A DNA stretch of 25,468 nt from Promethearchaeia archaeon (GTDB taxonomy: Archaea; Asgardarchaeota; Lokiarchaeia; Sigyniarchaeales; SOKP01). The stretch lies in NCBI GenBank assembly GCA_029856125.1, contig JAHQWJ010000106.1:1-25468 (forward strand). Reading direction: 5' to 3'. Numbering within the stretch: the first letter of the stretch is position 1; every line of letters starts with the position of its first letter. Below the pieces are notes generated by a model that saw only the letters and a list, made by a program, of their open reading frames with translations, did no database searches and was not told where the DNA came from. Position numbers and translations under genes: made by a program. This document shows positions 15,076 to 24,219 of the stretch, piece after piece.

Positions 15076-17840
15076 CTTCTTAACATTTTATTCTTTATCT
15101 CTTTGTTTTTATATATTAAAATAATGCCTATAGGAATTAACACAGGAAGAACATAAAATAGAACTAAATTGAATGATGACAGTTCCATCTGTACTTCAAA
15201 GTAGTATCTTACAATAGGTTCATCCAAACTATCTCTTATTTCAAAAGTATACGATTTTTTTCCAAAATCATAAGGATTTATGCTAGGAATTACTTCAACT
15301 ACGATTCTGTTGATGCCCGATCCTAAACCATTGAGATTAGCATCAACTTGAACTCCGTTTACATAAATTATAAACGGTTCAGAAGTATCGTGGTTATTCC
15401 GTATAATTAAAATAAACTGAGCTACACCACCTTGCAGTATTGTTTCTGGAAAAGTAGCGCTTATAATTTCGAATTTCTCTATTATCTCTACGTTAAATTG
15501 CTTACTATAAAAATCTGTATCTCCCTTTGAAATTTTCATAGTGACATTCACGATATGAGTTTCTGTGTCTGTATAGTTTAAATAGTAATGGACAGTTTTA
15601 ATTTCCTTTTCGTCCAAAACTGTTTCTTCCCTGAGAATTAAATTATCATCTTCGTAGAAACTAACATTCAATGTTTGGGAACTATTTTGAAGGAAATTAA
15701 TCAAAGTTAGCGAACTATAAGCGCTCACTCCATTAACTATCGTGTTTTGATAGATAAAATTAGTATAATCAAATGAATGTCCTATATTTATTACTTTAGA
15801 TATTTCTAAGTAGGTGATATTACCCTCCGAAAATATAAAACTTAAAGTATGTGGCCCTATAACTGCGCCGAGAGTAGCTGTAAGATTAAACGTAACATTA
15901 GTTAAGACAAGAGTATTAAACGTAATATTTTGAACTTCGTTAATTATGTCAATTCCCTCCATGGAAACTGTTAAATTTACATCTTGATGGCGGGTATTAT
16001 TGATTGGGATGGTAATGTTAATAACAGGTCCCTGAGATAGTACATCGGGTAAACCTAAAATTGGCGAGTCTACTAAACCAGAGATTACGTTAAATTGTTT
16101 TAATAAATGAGCCATTCCAAATTTTGTTGAGTTAACAAATATTTGAAGGGAATAATCCTGGCCTATTTCAAACGCATCAGTGATATCGTATAAAAAGGTC
16201 GTGGATGTACTCGTAACTTGCTGTGATAATGTATTTAAAATTTCGTTTTCTGGATTTTTAAATATATAGCTAATAGAAGCAGTATCAATTTGATATTCGA
16301 TTGTAAATGATTCATAAGTCCACGTAGTTGTATTATAATACGTATCAGTTTTACTATATGAGTAGATACTTGTAATATTTAAAACATCTTGATTAAATAT
16401 AAAATCAGGAATTTCACTCGTTACATTATACTCAGAATTTAGCTGAGTATTACTATAAATTTCGAGAGCATTTAAATAAGCTTCGCACAATCGTAAATTT
16501 GTGTATAAGTTTTTATTATCGTTAACAGGGGAATCTATCGATGATTTATAAGAATTTACAGCTCCATCGTAAAAAGAGTTTTCAAAAGTGGTAAACAGTT
16601 GCCAAGCTCTATTATAATATGTTATGTTTCCCGTGTATTCGAAAAGTTTTAAGCACGCTGACATCATTATAGAATTTGCTTCTAGGTCAATTGATCTATT
16701 AGCTCCGGAAAGCCCCCAGCCGGAATCACGGCTTTTTTCATATGCATTGAATCCCGAATCCCATAATGCATCCATTATATTAAATAGAATTGTAGCATTT
16801 TTAAAGTAAGTAGAGTCGTTTTGCATTCCTGATTCTTTCCAATATTCTAACAATGTTATAATTCCCAAAGCATTAGTTTGTAAATATTTATAAGTGCTTC
16901 CAAATTCAGAAGTCCAATCGTCTTTACCGTAAAACTCAAAACCTCCGTAAGTATTATCCCATAACTTATCTAAAAGTTTATTTATTGTAATATTAGCCAA
17001 TTCAAATGCCCTATTCTTTATGTCGATATTTATACCAAGTTGCTCGTAAATCCGATGAATTTCTAAGCAAGCCAAAACAGCATACAAATTACTTTCTGCG
17101 TATTTGTCTGTAGTTGAATTAGTATTGTAGAAACCGTCGTCAACATCGTCCCAGAATTGGGAAGAGTTAATTAAGAGGAAAATTTCGTCGATGGAATCCT
17201 TTGGGTAAACATTATCAATGTTTATGGTATTAATTTGATCTCCGATATTTTCTATTAGCAAAAAAATTGGCATAAGATTATCAATCAAATATCGATCGTT
17301 GTCAAATATCTCACCTGTTGTGTTATCAACAGCCCTAACGAACCCATAACTATCTTCATTAATACTATCTTGATACCATAACGGTGACTCTCGCAATTTT
17401 AAATAAGTATCTAAGGTTTCTATGCCATCCGTATCGTTTTTTAATAAAGTCTTGTATAAAAGCAAATTATCGACTGAATATACTTTATCAAAACTTACGG
17501 CTCCGAGACTATTTCCAAATCTATAGTAAGTATCTTTGTCCATATCCAGGTCAGACACATAATTTGTTCTAAAAAAATTCCAAATATTACTAAAATTAAC
17601 CGTAAACGGATCCAAAAAAATTTCTGGACCTGCTGCAATATTTAGGTTAACTTCATCCAAAATATCGAAATCTTGATAGAAATCATCTGTACTGCCACTA
17701 AAGGCTTGTTTTATATCATTATCTAAATAAAACGCATTAAATGTGAAGATAAAAATGAAAAAAATACATAAACCCAATTTAAAAAAACTATTTCCCTTTT
17801 TTCTTTTCAACTTGGAGGAATTAATGTTAACAAAAATCAT
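15072..17840 (-). CDS. Large membrane-anchored surface protein with an (alpha/alpha)6-barrel (GH76/AGE/YyaL-like) domain plus Ig-like domains
   Basis: Signal/TM at the N-terminus. Repeated FWDDVDDGFY, LWDNTYGGF, LWDSGFNAY, FYDGAVNSY and K(Y)..N helical-hairpin motifs, plus LFEYTGNITYYNRA. Beta-rich C-terminal half and C-terminal TM. ATGA overlap with the next gene. Confidence 0.75.
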   Translation of the reverse strand: MIFVNINSSKLKRKKGNSFFKLGLCIFFIFIFTFNAFYLDNDIKQAFSGSTDDFYQDFDILDEVNLNIAAGPEIFLDPFTVNFSNIWNFFRTNYVSDLDMDKDTYYRFGNSLGAVSFDKVYSVDNLLLYKTLLKNDTDGIETLDTYLKLRESPLWYQDSINEDSYGFVRAVDNTTGEIFDNDRYLIDNLMPIFLLIENIGDQINTINIDNVYPKDSIDEIFLLINSSQFWDDVDDGFYNTNSTTDKYAESNLYAVLACLEIHRIYEQLGINIDIKNRAFELANITINKLLDKLWDNTYGGFEFYGKDDWTSEFGSTYKYLQTNALGIITLLEYWKESGMQNDSTYFKNATILFNIMDALWDSGFNAYEKSRDSGWGLSGANRSIDLEANSIMMSACLKLFEYTGNITYYNRAWQLFTTFENSFYDGAVNSYKSSIDSPVNDNKNLYTNLRLCEAYLNALEIYSNTQLNSEYNVTSEIPDFIFNQDVLNITSIYSYSKTDTYYNTTTWTYESFTIEYQIDTASISYIFKNPENEILNTLSQQVTSTSTTFLYDITDAFEIGQDYSLQIFVNSTKFGMAHLLKQFNVISGLVDSPILGLPDVLSQGPVINITIPINNTRHQDVNLTVSMEGIDIINEVQNITFNTLVLTNVTFNLTATLGAVIGPHTLSFIFSEGNITYLEISKVINIGHSFDYTNFIYQNTIVNGVSAYSSLTLINFLQNSSQTLNVSFYEDDNLILREETVLDEKEIKTVHYYLNYTDTETHIVNVTMKISKGDTDFYSKQFNVEIIEKFEIISATFPETILQGGVAQFILIIRNNHDTSEPFIIYVNGVQVDANLNGLGSGINRIVVEVIPSINPYDFGKKSYTFEIRDSLDEPIVRYYFEVQMELSSFNLVLFYVLPVLIPIGIILIYKNKEIKNKMLRR

Positions 17841-17962
17841 AATAAATCTAATTTCACTTAAAATTATTTTTTTATATATATTTTTTAGAAAAATGTTCTT
17901 CTCTTTAAAATTTTTTTCTGAAAAACTCGGTTGTTTAAAGATATTTTAACTTTATTTTTTTG

Positions 17963-19447
17963 TTAATTTTTATGGATATATCCTACTATCTCTGATATTA
18001 GCACTCTCTTTTGTTCCATAGTGTCCCTATGTCTAATAGTTACTGTGTTATCATCTAATGACTCGTAATCTATTGTTATACAATATGGTGTTCCTAACTC
18101 ATCTTGCCTCCTATATCTCTTTCCAATTGATCCCGCAAAGTCAAAAAAAGAAGATACTCTATTGTCCAAGAGGAGGCGATGTACTTTTTTCGCAAGATTG
18201 AAGATCTTTTCCTTATTTTTCACAAGTGGAAACACAGCAACAAGATTTGGAGCAATATCTGGTTCAATTTTTAGAATAATCCTCTCGTCCTCTACACTAA
18301 AATTAGATTCAAGGAGAGTATAAATAATTCTATCTGGTCCAAAAGCAATTTCAAGAATTTGAGGAATTTCTTTTATATTTTGATCAGTACCCATTGGAAT
18401 ATTGAAGTTCTGTTTCGAGAATTGTCCATGTCTTTTTAAATCGTAATCAGTTCTATCATGTATTCCACATATTTCAACCCACCCAAATTGTTTAGTGTTA
18501 ATCTCTAAATCCCAAGCATCATCTGCATAATGAGCCATTTCTTGTGGGGCGTGTTGTCTTAACCGTATTACTTCGTCTGAAAATCCCAATTTTGATGTTA
18601 GATAGTAACCTAAATATAAACAATAAGCAAAAGCGGGTTTCTTAAGCACATTAGTTTTTATTGCTTGTTTTAGGGAAATCCGATTGGGAACTAATACATT
18701 TTTTTCTTGAGTTGGCCAATCCAGCAAGGGAAGTTCTTCTTGGTTAAATTCATCATACTCTTCGTAATTATATTCCTGCTCCTTTCCTATGAACAATTGA
18801 ATTTCAAATTGATCAAACGCTCTCATACGAAGTACCAATTGTCTTGGGGATATTTCATTTCTATAAGCTTTCCCATATTGAAACACTTTAATAGGGTATT
18901 GTCTCCGTGCGTCCTGATTTAAACGATTAAACAATAAATAGGTTGTTGTTGCCGTTTCCGGGCGTAAATATGCGATAGTTCCATTTCCAACTGAAGTTTT
19001 AAGCATTAAATTATATTCTTCAATTTTTCCTAAATGAGTGTCACATTTTGGACATCTCAATTTGTGACTTAAAGCAAGCGCCTCCATTTCCTCAAAAGTC
19101 AATCCATCTATAGCCGTATTGGGAAGTTGTTCTTGAAGGAATTTATCAGCTCTGAGCATTGTTTCGCACTCCTGACAACGAAAAACGGGATCAATAAATC
19201 GCTCCAAATGTCCCGAAGCTTCCCACACAATTTCGGGTAATATTTGTGGGCATTCAACTTCACTAAAGCCAAAAGCTCTGAGTTCTAATCTGAACTTTGA
19301 AAGAATGTTATTTTTCAACGCTTTACCAGCCGGTCCGTAGGAATAAAATCCCGCTAAACCGCCATATATTTCTGGAGAAGGACCCCAAATAAAACCACGG
19401 CGCCGCAATAATGAATTAAAAGTTTCTATATTATCCTCGATCTTCAT
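17963..19447 (-). CDS. glyS: Glycine--tRNA ligase (alpha2, archaeal/eukaryotic type)
   Basis: RRRGFIW..PEIYGG..GFYSYGP, VWEASGH, YLRPETA, GKAYRNEISPR, RLRQH...EMAHYA.DAWD.E, GWVEICGIHDRTDYDL..H, GSIGKRYRRQDELGTPYCITID. Confidence 0.98.
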   Translation of the reverse strand: MKIEDNIETFNSLLRRRGFIWGPSPEIYGGLAGFYSYGPAGKALKNNILSKFRLELRAFGFSEVECPQILPEIVWEASGHLERFIDPVFRCQECETMLRADKFLQEQLPNTAIDGLTFEEMEALALSHKLRCPKCDTHLGKIEEYNLMLKTSVGNGTIAYLRPETATTTYLLFNRLNQDARRQYPIKVFQYGKAYRNEISPRQLVLRMRAFDQFEIQLFIGKEQEYNYEEYDEFNQEELPLLDWPTQEKNVLVPNRISLKQAIKTNVLKKPAFAYCLYLGYYLTSKLGFSDEVIRLRQHAPQEMAHYADDAWDLEINTKQFGWVEICGIHDRTDYDLKRHGQFSKQNFNIPMGTDQNIKEIPQILEIAFGPDRIIYTLLESNFSVEDERIILKIEPDIAPNLVAVFPLVKNKEKIFNLAKKVHRLLLDNRVSSFFDFAGSIGKRYRRQDELGTPYCITIDYESLDDNTVTIRHRDTMEQKRVLISEIVGYIHKN

Positions 19448-19567
19448 TTTTAATCAAACCCGTATTCTAATAGATATTAGAATAATTGATAATATTTGTA
19501 TTTTAAGATTATTCCTCACATTAATGAATTTATTCAGTAATTAGTTTCAAATTTTATTAAAATAAAT

Positions 19568-19577
19568 TTTTATATAA
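19568..19577 (+). promoter_or_regulatory. Candidate TATA box for the 7TM gene
   Basis: TTTTATATAA in the divergent glyS/7TM intergenic region, about 80 nt before the ATG at 19655. Confidence 0.35.
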
Positions 19578-19654
19578 GCTATATGATAGTATTATTATAA
19601 TTTTAAGTTTTAAATTCAAATTTAATCGCATATAAAATTAATTTATGATTTATT

Positions 19655-20482
19655 ATGATTTTTCAAGATTTTGTATATTTTGACATATGGGATGCCGTTG
19701 AATCGGGTCTATACTACGCAATAGTGGGTTTTTATTTTCTTATATTTGCATATTTCCTATTAATGAGATTTAGAACCTCTAAGAAACTATATTGGTTTTA
19801 TTTTTCGTTATTATTCCTGTTCTTAGCGATTGGTAGAGTATTTTTTATTGTGTATAATTTTTATGCTCCTGAATTAGATGTAACGATGTCTAATTTAGAG
19901 TTATTAGGATTGATGATGATATTATATCGATTTGCTACATTTTTTACTTGGATGGGTATCTCGTGCTTGATGGGAGTTTTTGGAACGCTTATTCTATCGC
20001 CGATCGCTGAAAATGAAAATTCAGAAAAGGGAGTAAAGAGGTTTTTAAGACAGAAAAATGTTAAAATAACGCTCAAAATTTGCTTAATTGTGTTCCCAAT
20101 TATTGTTGGAATTCTGGCTTTAACATTATCAGACGCATTATTTATGGATCCCGATTTAAGGGACAAATATAATCCTTTATTTGAATTAGATTTGACATTT
20201 TTTGGCTATCCTACAGGTAGATTTGTTCTCAATTTCATTTTGCTGCCTTTAATGGTGTTAGTTATTCCATTTCTCTTTGTTTACTTAGCATTAAAAACAT
20301 TCGGTGTCTTGAGGCGATCTTACGCACTAAACGCGATAGGATTTTTCATATATTTTACGGGAAGAATTACTCAAGGACTACTCGGTGGATTTCCTCACGT
20401 TAGGGCAATTCTACCACCGCTCTTAATACTGTTGTCTCTTTTGATCATCGTGATCGCAAATAATTACGAGCAGTTGAGATAA
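19655..20482 (+). CDS. Integral membrane protein with about 7 TM helices (HisKA_7TM-like sensor type, no output domain)
   Basis: Seven hydrophobic stretches counted by eye, with basic loops after TM1, TM3 and TM5. Confidence 0.75.
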   Translation: MIFQDFVYFDIWDAVESGLYYAIVGFYFLIFAYFLLMRFRTSKKLYWFYFSLLFLFLAIGRVFFIVYNFYAPELDVTMSNLELLGLMMILYRFATFFTWMGISCLMGVFGTLILSPIAENENSEKGVKRFLRQKNVKITLKICLIVFPIIVGILALTLSDALFMDPDLRDKYNPLFELDLTFFGYPTGRFVLNFILLPLMVLVIPFLFVYLALKTFGVLRRSYALNAIGFFIYFTGRITQGLLGGFPHVRAILPPLLILLSLLIIVIANNYEQLR

Positions 20483-20605
20483 ACTTTAATTTTTCTTTTA
20501 AACCTTATTCTAAAAAATAATTTTAAATAAAAATTTTAGTAATAATTAATTAGATATCTTTAAACAGCAGTAAATAATTAAATTTAAATCAGAAGAGATT
20601 AATTT

Positions 20606-22243
20606 ATGTCAATCCATGGAAATCAATATATTTTACCGTTATTTTATACCCAAAGTTCTTTGCCTCCTATTAAAGATTATGACGAATTAGCGTTATCTTT
20701 TTATTTATTGACGAAGAATCTGAAACAAAACGAAAAAGTTTTATCTTTTTCAAGGTTACTCTGGCCATTTCTTTGCGTTCAAGGAGTAATTAGCACGCAT
20801 ATCATATTAGATGGATTGAATATTTTTTCGAAAAAAGGTAAACTTTCTAACCCTCCAAGACAACCCTTAATTGGACACCTTTTAAGAAATATAGAAAATC
20901 GAACGAAAACTGAGCAAATAAAAAAAATTCTAGAAGTTTTACAATATAAGGATAAGGATGCAGAATCAATAGGCGAAAGTGAAGAATCTGAATTTCAGAA
21001 ACTGAAAATTGATTCATTAACCAATCCGGAATTCCTTCAAACCTTAGTTAAGTTATTACCCCTTGCAGAATTTAAATCTGTTGCAGAATATATGCCTTTA
21101 GAAACTAATTTTACAACGGAACAGGCTTTGGAAATTGCAGATACTTATCGTAATACAATTAATTATATGAAAGGGAATGCTTTAAGATGGGACACTCAAA
21201 TTGAATTAATAGGGAAGGAAGTAGATAAACGGTTAATTGATATTAATGTTCAATTAAAAGATATTAGCTCACGTTTCTCATCCCAGATATCAAAAACATC
21301 ACAAACAATTGACTCGAGTCAAATAAAAGAAAAATTTGCACTGGAAAGGGATAAGATTGATCAATGGAAAGTTCATGAGAAAAGGAATGTAATAGAAAAT
21401 ATTTCAGTTTTATTTAAAACAGCTGAGAGAAATCTAGAAGAAATTATAAAAAAAAACAAAGCTTTCACTCATACTGACATACTGAAGGGTAGAGTATTTA
21501 ATGATGTAATTGCTCCCTTCGAAAATCATTTCAAGTATTTGATAGAAGAAGGAAATAATTTTGTACATTCAGTTACATCGCTCACAGAGAAATACATGGC
21601 GCTAAAAGAAAAAGCTCTAGAAATAGATGTTGAAGCAGAGAAAAATCTTAATGATTTTAGTTCCTCGTTAGATATGAAACTCCAGGATCGAGATAAAAAT
21701 CTTTCTGCTTTTGAAGAAGAGAAAGAAGTGAAGATTTCAGAAATAAAAGCTTTACAAAGCTCAATTGAAGACCTCTATTCGCAGGTAAAAAACATCATAA
21801 AAACTAAAAATGGAAATTGTTTACAGGAGGCAAAAGATTTAATATCTTGGTCGTTAGTTGATAACCAATCCGACCTATTTTCTCGTCCAATTGTCTGGAT
21901 ATATATGCCATTATATGTTATGTTCATTGAAAACGAAGAAATGCTGGAAGAAAAAATGATTGCTGTTTACCCAGGATTTATAACTAAAGACCCAGAGAAC
22001 ATGTATCAAGAAATTTCTGGGGCTATGCTTAATTTAAAAGAAGCAGTTAATGAACGAATTGAAGATGACATGGCGCTAAGATCAAATTTTGAGTTTTCAA
22101 GTGAAAACAGAAATTTACTTAACGATAAAAGCCTCGCAAAAAAAATCCAACAAGGAATTTCTATCCTAAGAAGAACTACGGTATTGAGCGAACAAATGGA
22201 AAACGAGTTAAGAAGTAAATTAGGTTTAATATTCACTCAATAG
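20606..22243 (+). CDS. Hypothetical long coiled-coil protein
   Basis: 545-aa ORF with a central E/K/Q/L-rich helical region flanked by globular segments containing LLWPFLCV and IYMPLYVM. Confidence 0.8.
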   Translation: MSIHGNQYILPLFYTQSSLPPIKDYDELALSFYLLTKNLKQNEKVLSFSRLLWPFLCVQGVISTHIILDGLNIFSKKGKLSNPPRQPLIGHLLRNIENRTKTEQIKKILEVLQYKDKDAESIGESEESEFQKLKIDSLTNPEFLQTLVKLLPLAEFKSVAEYMPLETNFTTEQALEIADTYRNTINYMKGNALRWDTQIELIGKEVDKRLIDINVQLKDISSRFSSQISKTSQTIDSSQIKEKFALERDKIDQWKVHEKRNVIENISVLFKTAERNLEEIIKKNKAFTHTDILKGRVFNDVIAPFENHFKYLIEEGNNFVHSVTSLTEKYMALKEKALEIDVEAEKNLNDFSSSLDMKLQDRDKNLSAFEEEKEVKISEIKALQSSIEDLYSQVKNIIKTKNGNCLQEAKDLISWSLVDNQSDLFSRPIVWIYMPLYVMFIENEEMLEEKMIAVYPGFITKDPENMYQEISGAMLNLKEAVNERIEDDMALRSNFEFSSENRNLLNDKSLAKKIQQGISILRRTTVLSEQMENELRSKLGLIFTQ

Positions 22244-22372
22244 CATTCCTCTCATAAAATGCTTGGAAAAAAAAGATAAAGAATATTTTGAATTAGATTA
22301 AAATACGTATTATTTACTTTATCATAATATCTTACTATTTACTTTATTACAAAAAGTTAGTTGAACTACTCA

Positions 22373-23002
22373 ATGTCAAGCTCAAGATTAAACTTAAAAA
22401 AAAAAAAAATTCGAAGTTATTTCCTTAGTGTTGACAAGAAGGATAAAAAAGAGGAAGAAGTCGAATCGCTAGAATATATCCAAATGAAATTACCAGTTTC
22501 AGATATAACTCCAGAATTTGAGGAAAGCCTTACAAAAAAAGTAAAAAGTAATATTCTTAGAGCGAAAATTAGAGAAGCAAGTGAAGAAGACCTCCCAAGT
22601 GTAAAGTATCTCTATGATAGATCTTGGTTAACTTCCAATACTCCTTTCAGACCAATTGAAAGAGAGACGTTGAAATCTATTTGGGAATATCCCGAAACTA
22701 TAATATTAATCGCAAAAGTTTATGGCTCCGATGCTGGGTTCGCCATACTCGATTGTGAGGGTGAAAATCAAGAGATTGGTGTAATAGCAGGCATGGGAAT
22801 AATACCACGTTTTCAAAGAAAGGGTCTTGGAACTGTTATAGGTATGGCAGCATGGACCTATTTTAAAAACAAAGGAGTCCAGGAATTACGATGTGAAGTA
22901 TTTACAGGAAATACAGTATCGTATCAGTTCATTAAATCTATTGGTTTTAAAGAATTTGATAAAAAAACATATAAGCGTGAAGATTTTTTCTCAGAATCAT
23001 AA
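22373..23002 (+). CDS. GNAT family N-acetyltransferase
   Basis: IREASEEDL, GFAIL, IAGMGIIPRFQRKGLGT (acetyl-CoA motif A), LRCEVFTGNTVSYQFIKSIGFKE. Start uncertain (TTG 22361 or ATG 22373). Confidence 0.9.
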   Translation: MSSSRLNLKKKKIRSYFLSVDKKDKKEEEVESLEYIQMKLPVSDITPEFEESLTKKVKSNILRAKIREASEEDLPSVKYLYDRSWLTSNTPFRPIERETLKSIWEYPETIILIAKVYGSDAGFAILDCEGENQEIGVIAGMGIIPRFQRKGLGTVIGMAAWTYFKNKGVQELRCEVFTGNTVSYQFIKSIGFKEFDKKTYKREDFFSES

Positions 23003-23064
23003 AAAACTAAATGAATCTAAAATAAAAAAAACAGCTTAAAATATTTTGAATTGGTGGGACTGTT

Positions 23065-24219
23065 ACGCTAAAACTTAAAAGTACAGAACTGGTTAAAGGA
23101 CTTTCCATTCTGATAATACTGATCTCCAATGCACTTAATTACTGGTTAGTGTTTGATGTTGAATCTATCTATAGTATCACCTTTTTGCTTACCAGCTTGA
23201 GCTTATTTGGTCCTACATTATACATATTTACCATTTCATTCTCTATTTCATCCACTCTCAATAAGAAAATGGGAAAGATTCCTGAAAGATCTGACAGAAA
23301 TATAGTATTTCTTCAAGGTTTTTTCATGATTTCATTAGGATTTGTGTTGAATTTAATAATAAATACAAATTCCCCTTTTCCTCAGAATCTTTGGGGTTGG
23401 AATATTTTAGTTTTTTTAGGCTTCTCACAATTTATTAGTTATTACATCTTCAAATTAGTCAGATGGGCTAGATTTGTTGTTGGCTTGAGCATTATATTTT
23501 TTACACCAGGGATTAGAGAAATACTATTCATAGGAAAAGACATGAACCCGATAATTAACATTTTATATTTCGTCGTTGTATCACCTTTACCGAATTTCTC
23601 TTTATTACCGTATGCCTCGATTTCTGTTTTCTCTACTGTGTTTGGAGAATTCATATATGAATCTATCGCTTTAAATTCAGATACGGCTAATCTACATTCT
23701 ACGAATTCAATACTTAAATACGGGACAATTTTACTAATTTTTGGACTTCTGCTTCCATTCATTGATGTAGGATTCATTATTACGCTGGAGAATTTTGATC
23801 CGTTAAAGTATCCGTTTATTGACGCTATTCCCATTTTAAAAGCGTTCCCTACTACATTTGTCTCGGGAATACCAATATTTCTATATGCAGGAACTCCGTC
23901 TAACCTTTTTATATCAATGGGAGTTGCGTTGCTTGTTATTGGTAGAAAGTATTACAGAAAGGATGTCTTACAAATAAAAAAATTAAAATTGAATATAATT
24001 TCTCTATTTGGGAAAAATTCGATAACTTTATTCTTTCTCCAATTCATATTCTTACCTCTTTTTTATCAAAAATTACCTTTGCTAATGTTTATTCCATTTT
24101 TAATAGCTTACATTGTATTATTAGGATTTTCAATGCATTTATGGCAAAGATATGCAAACTCTATACCTTCATTTGATTGGATGCTTAATAAAATAGATGA
24201 GCGTCTTAAAAAAATTTAA
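23065..24219 (+). CDS. Multi-pass membrane protein, DUF1624/HGSNAT-like acyltransferase family, degenerate; start uncertain
   Basis: The frame is open from 23050. KLKSTELVKGLSILIILISN upstream of the GTG at 23149 matches the family N-terminal R..s.D..RG.ai..Mi..H motif. WGWNILVFLG, FSLLPY, and LFGKNSITLFFLQ also fit the family. Confidence 0.65.
   Translation, partial: TLKLKSTELVKGLSILIILISNALNYWLVFDVESIYSITFLLTSLSLFGPTLYIFTISFSISSTLNKKMGKIPERSDRNIVFLQGFFMISLGFVLNLIINTNSPFPQNLWGWNILVFLGFSQFISYYIFKLVRWARFVVGLSIIFFTPGIREILFIGKDMNPIINILYFVVVSPLPNFSLLPYASISVFSTVFGEFIYESIALNSDTANLHSTNSILKYGTILLIFGLLLPFIDVGFIITLENFDPLKYPFIDAIPILKAFPTTFVSGIPIFLYAGTPSNLFISMGVALLVIGRKYYRKDVLQIKKLKLNIISLFGKNSITLFFLQFIFLPLFYQKLPLLMFIPFLIAYIVLLGFSMHLWQRYANSIPSFDWMLNKIDERLKKI

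Noticed and set aside
11890-18922. Plus-strand ORFs at 11890, 14027, 14891, 16624, 17384, 17743 and 18707
   Set aside because: Antisense shadows of mtd, the surface-protein genes and glyS.
19861-23834. Minus-strand ORFs at 19861, 22006 and 23442
   Set aside because: Antisense shadows of supported plus-strand genes.
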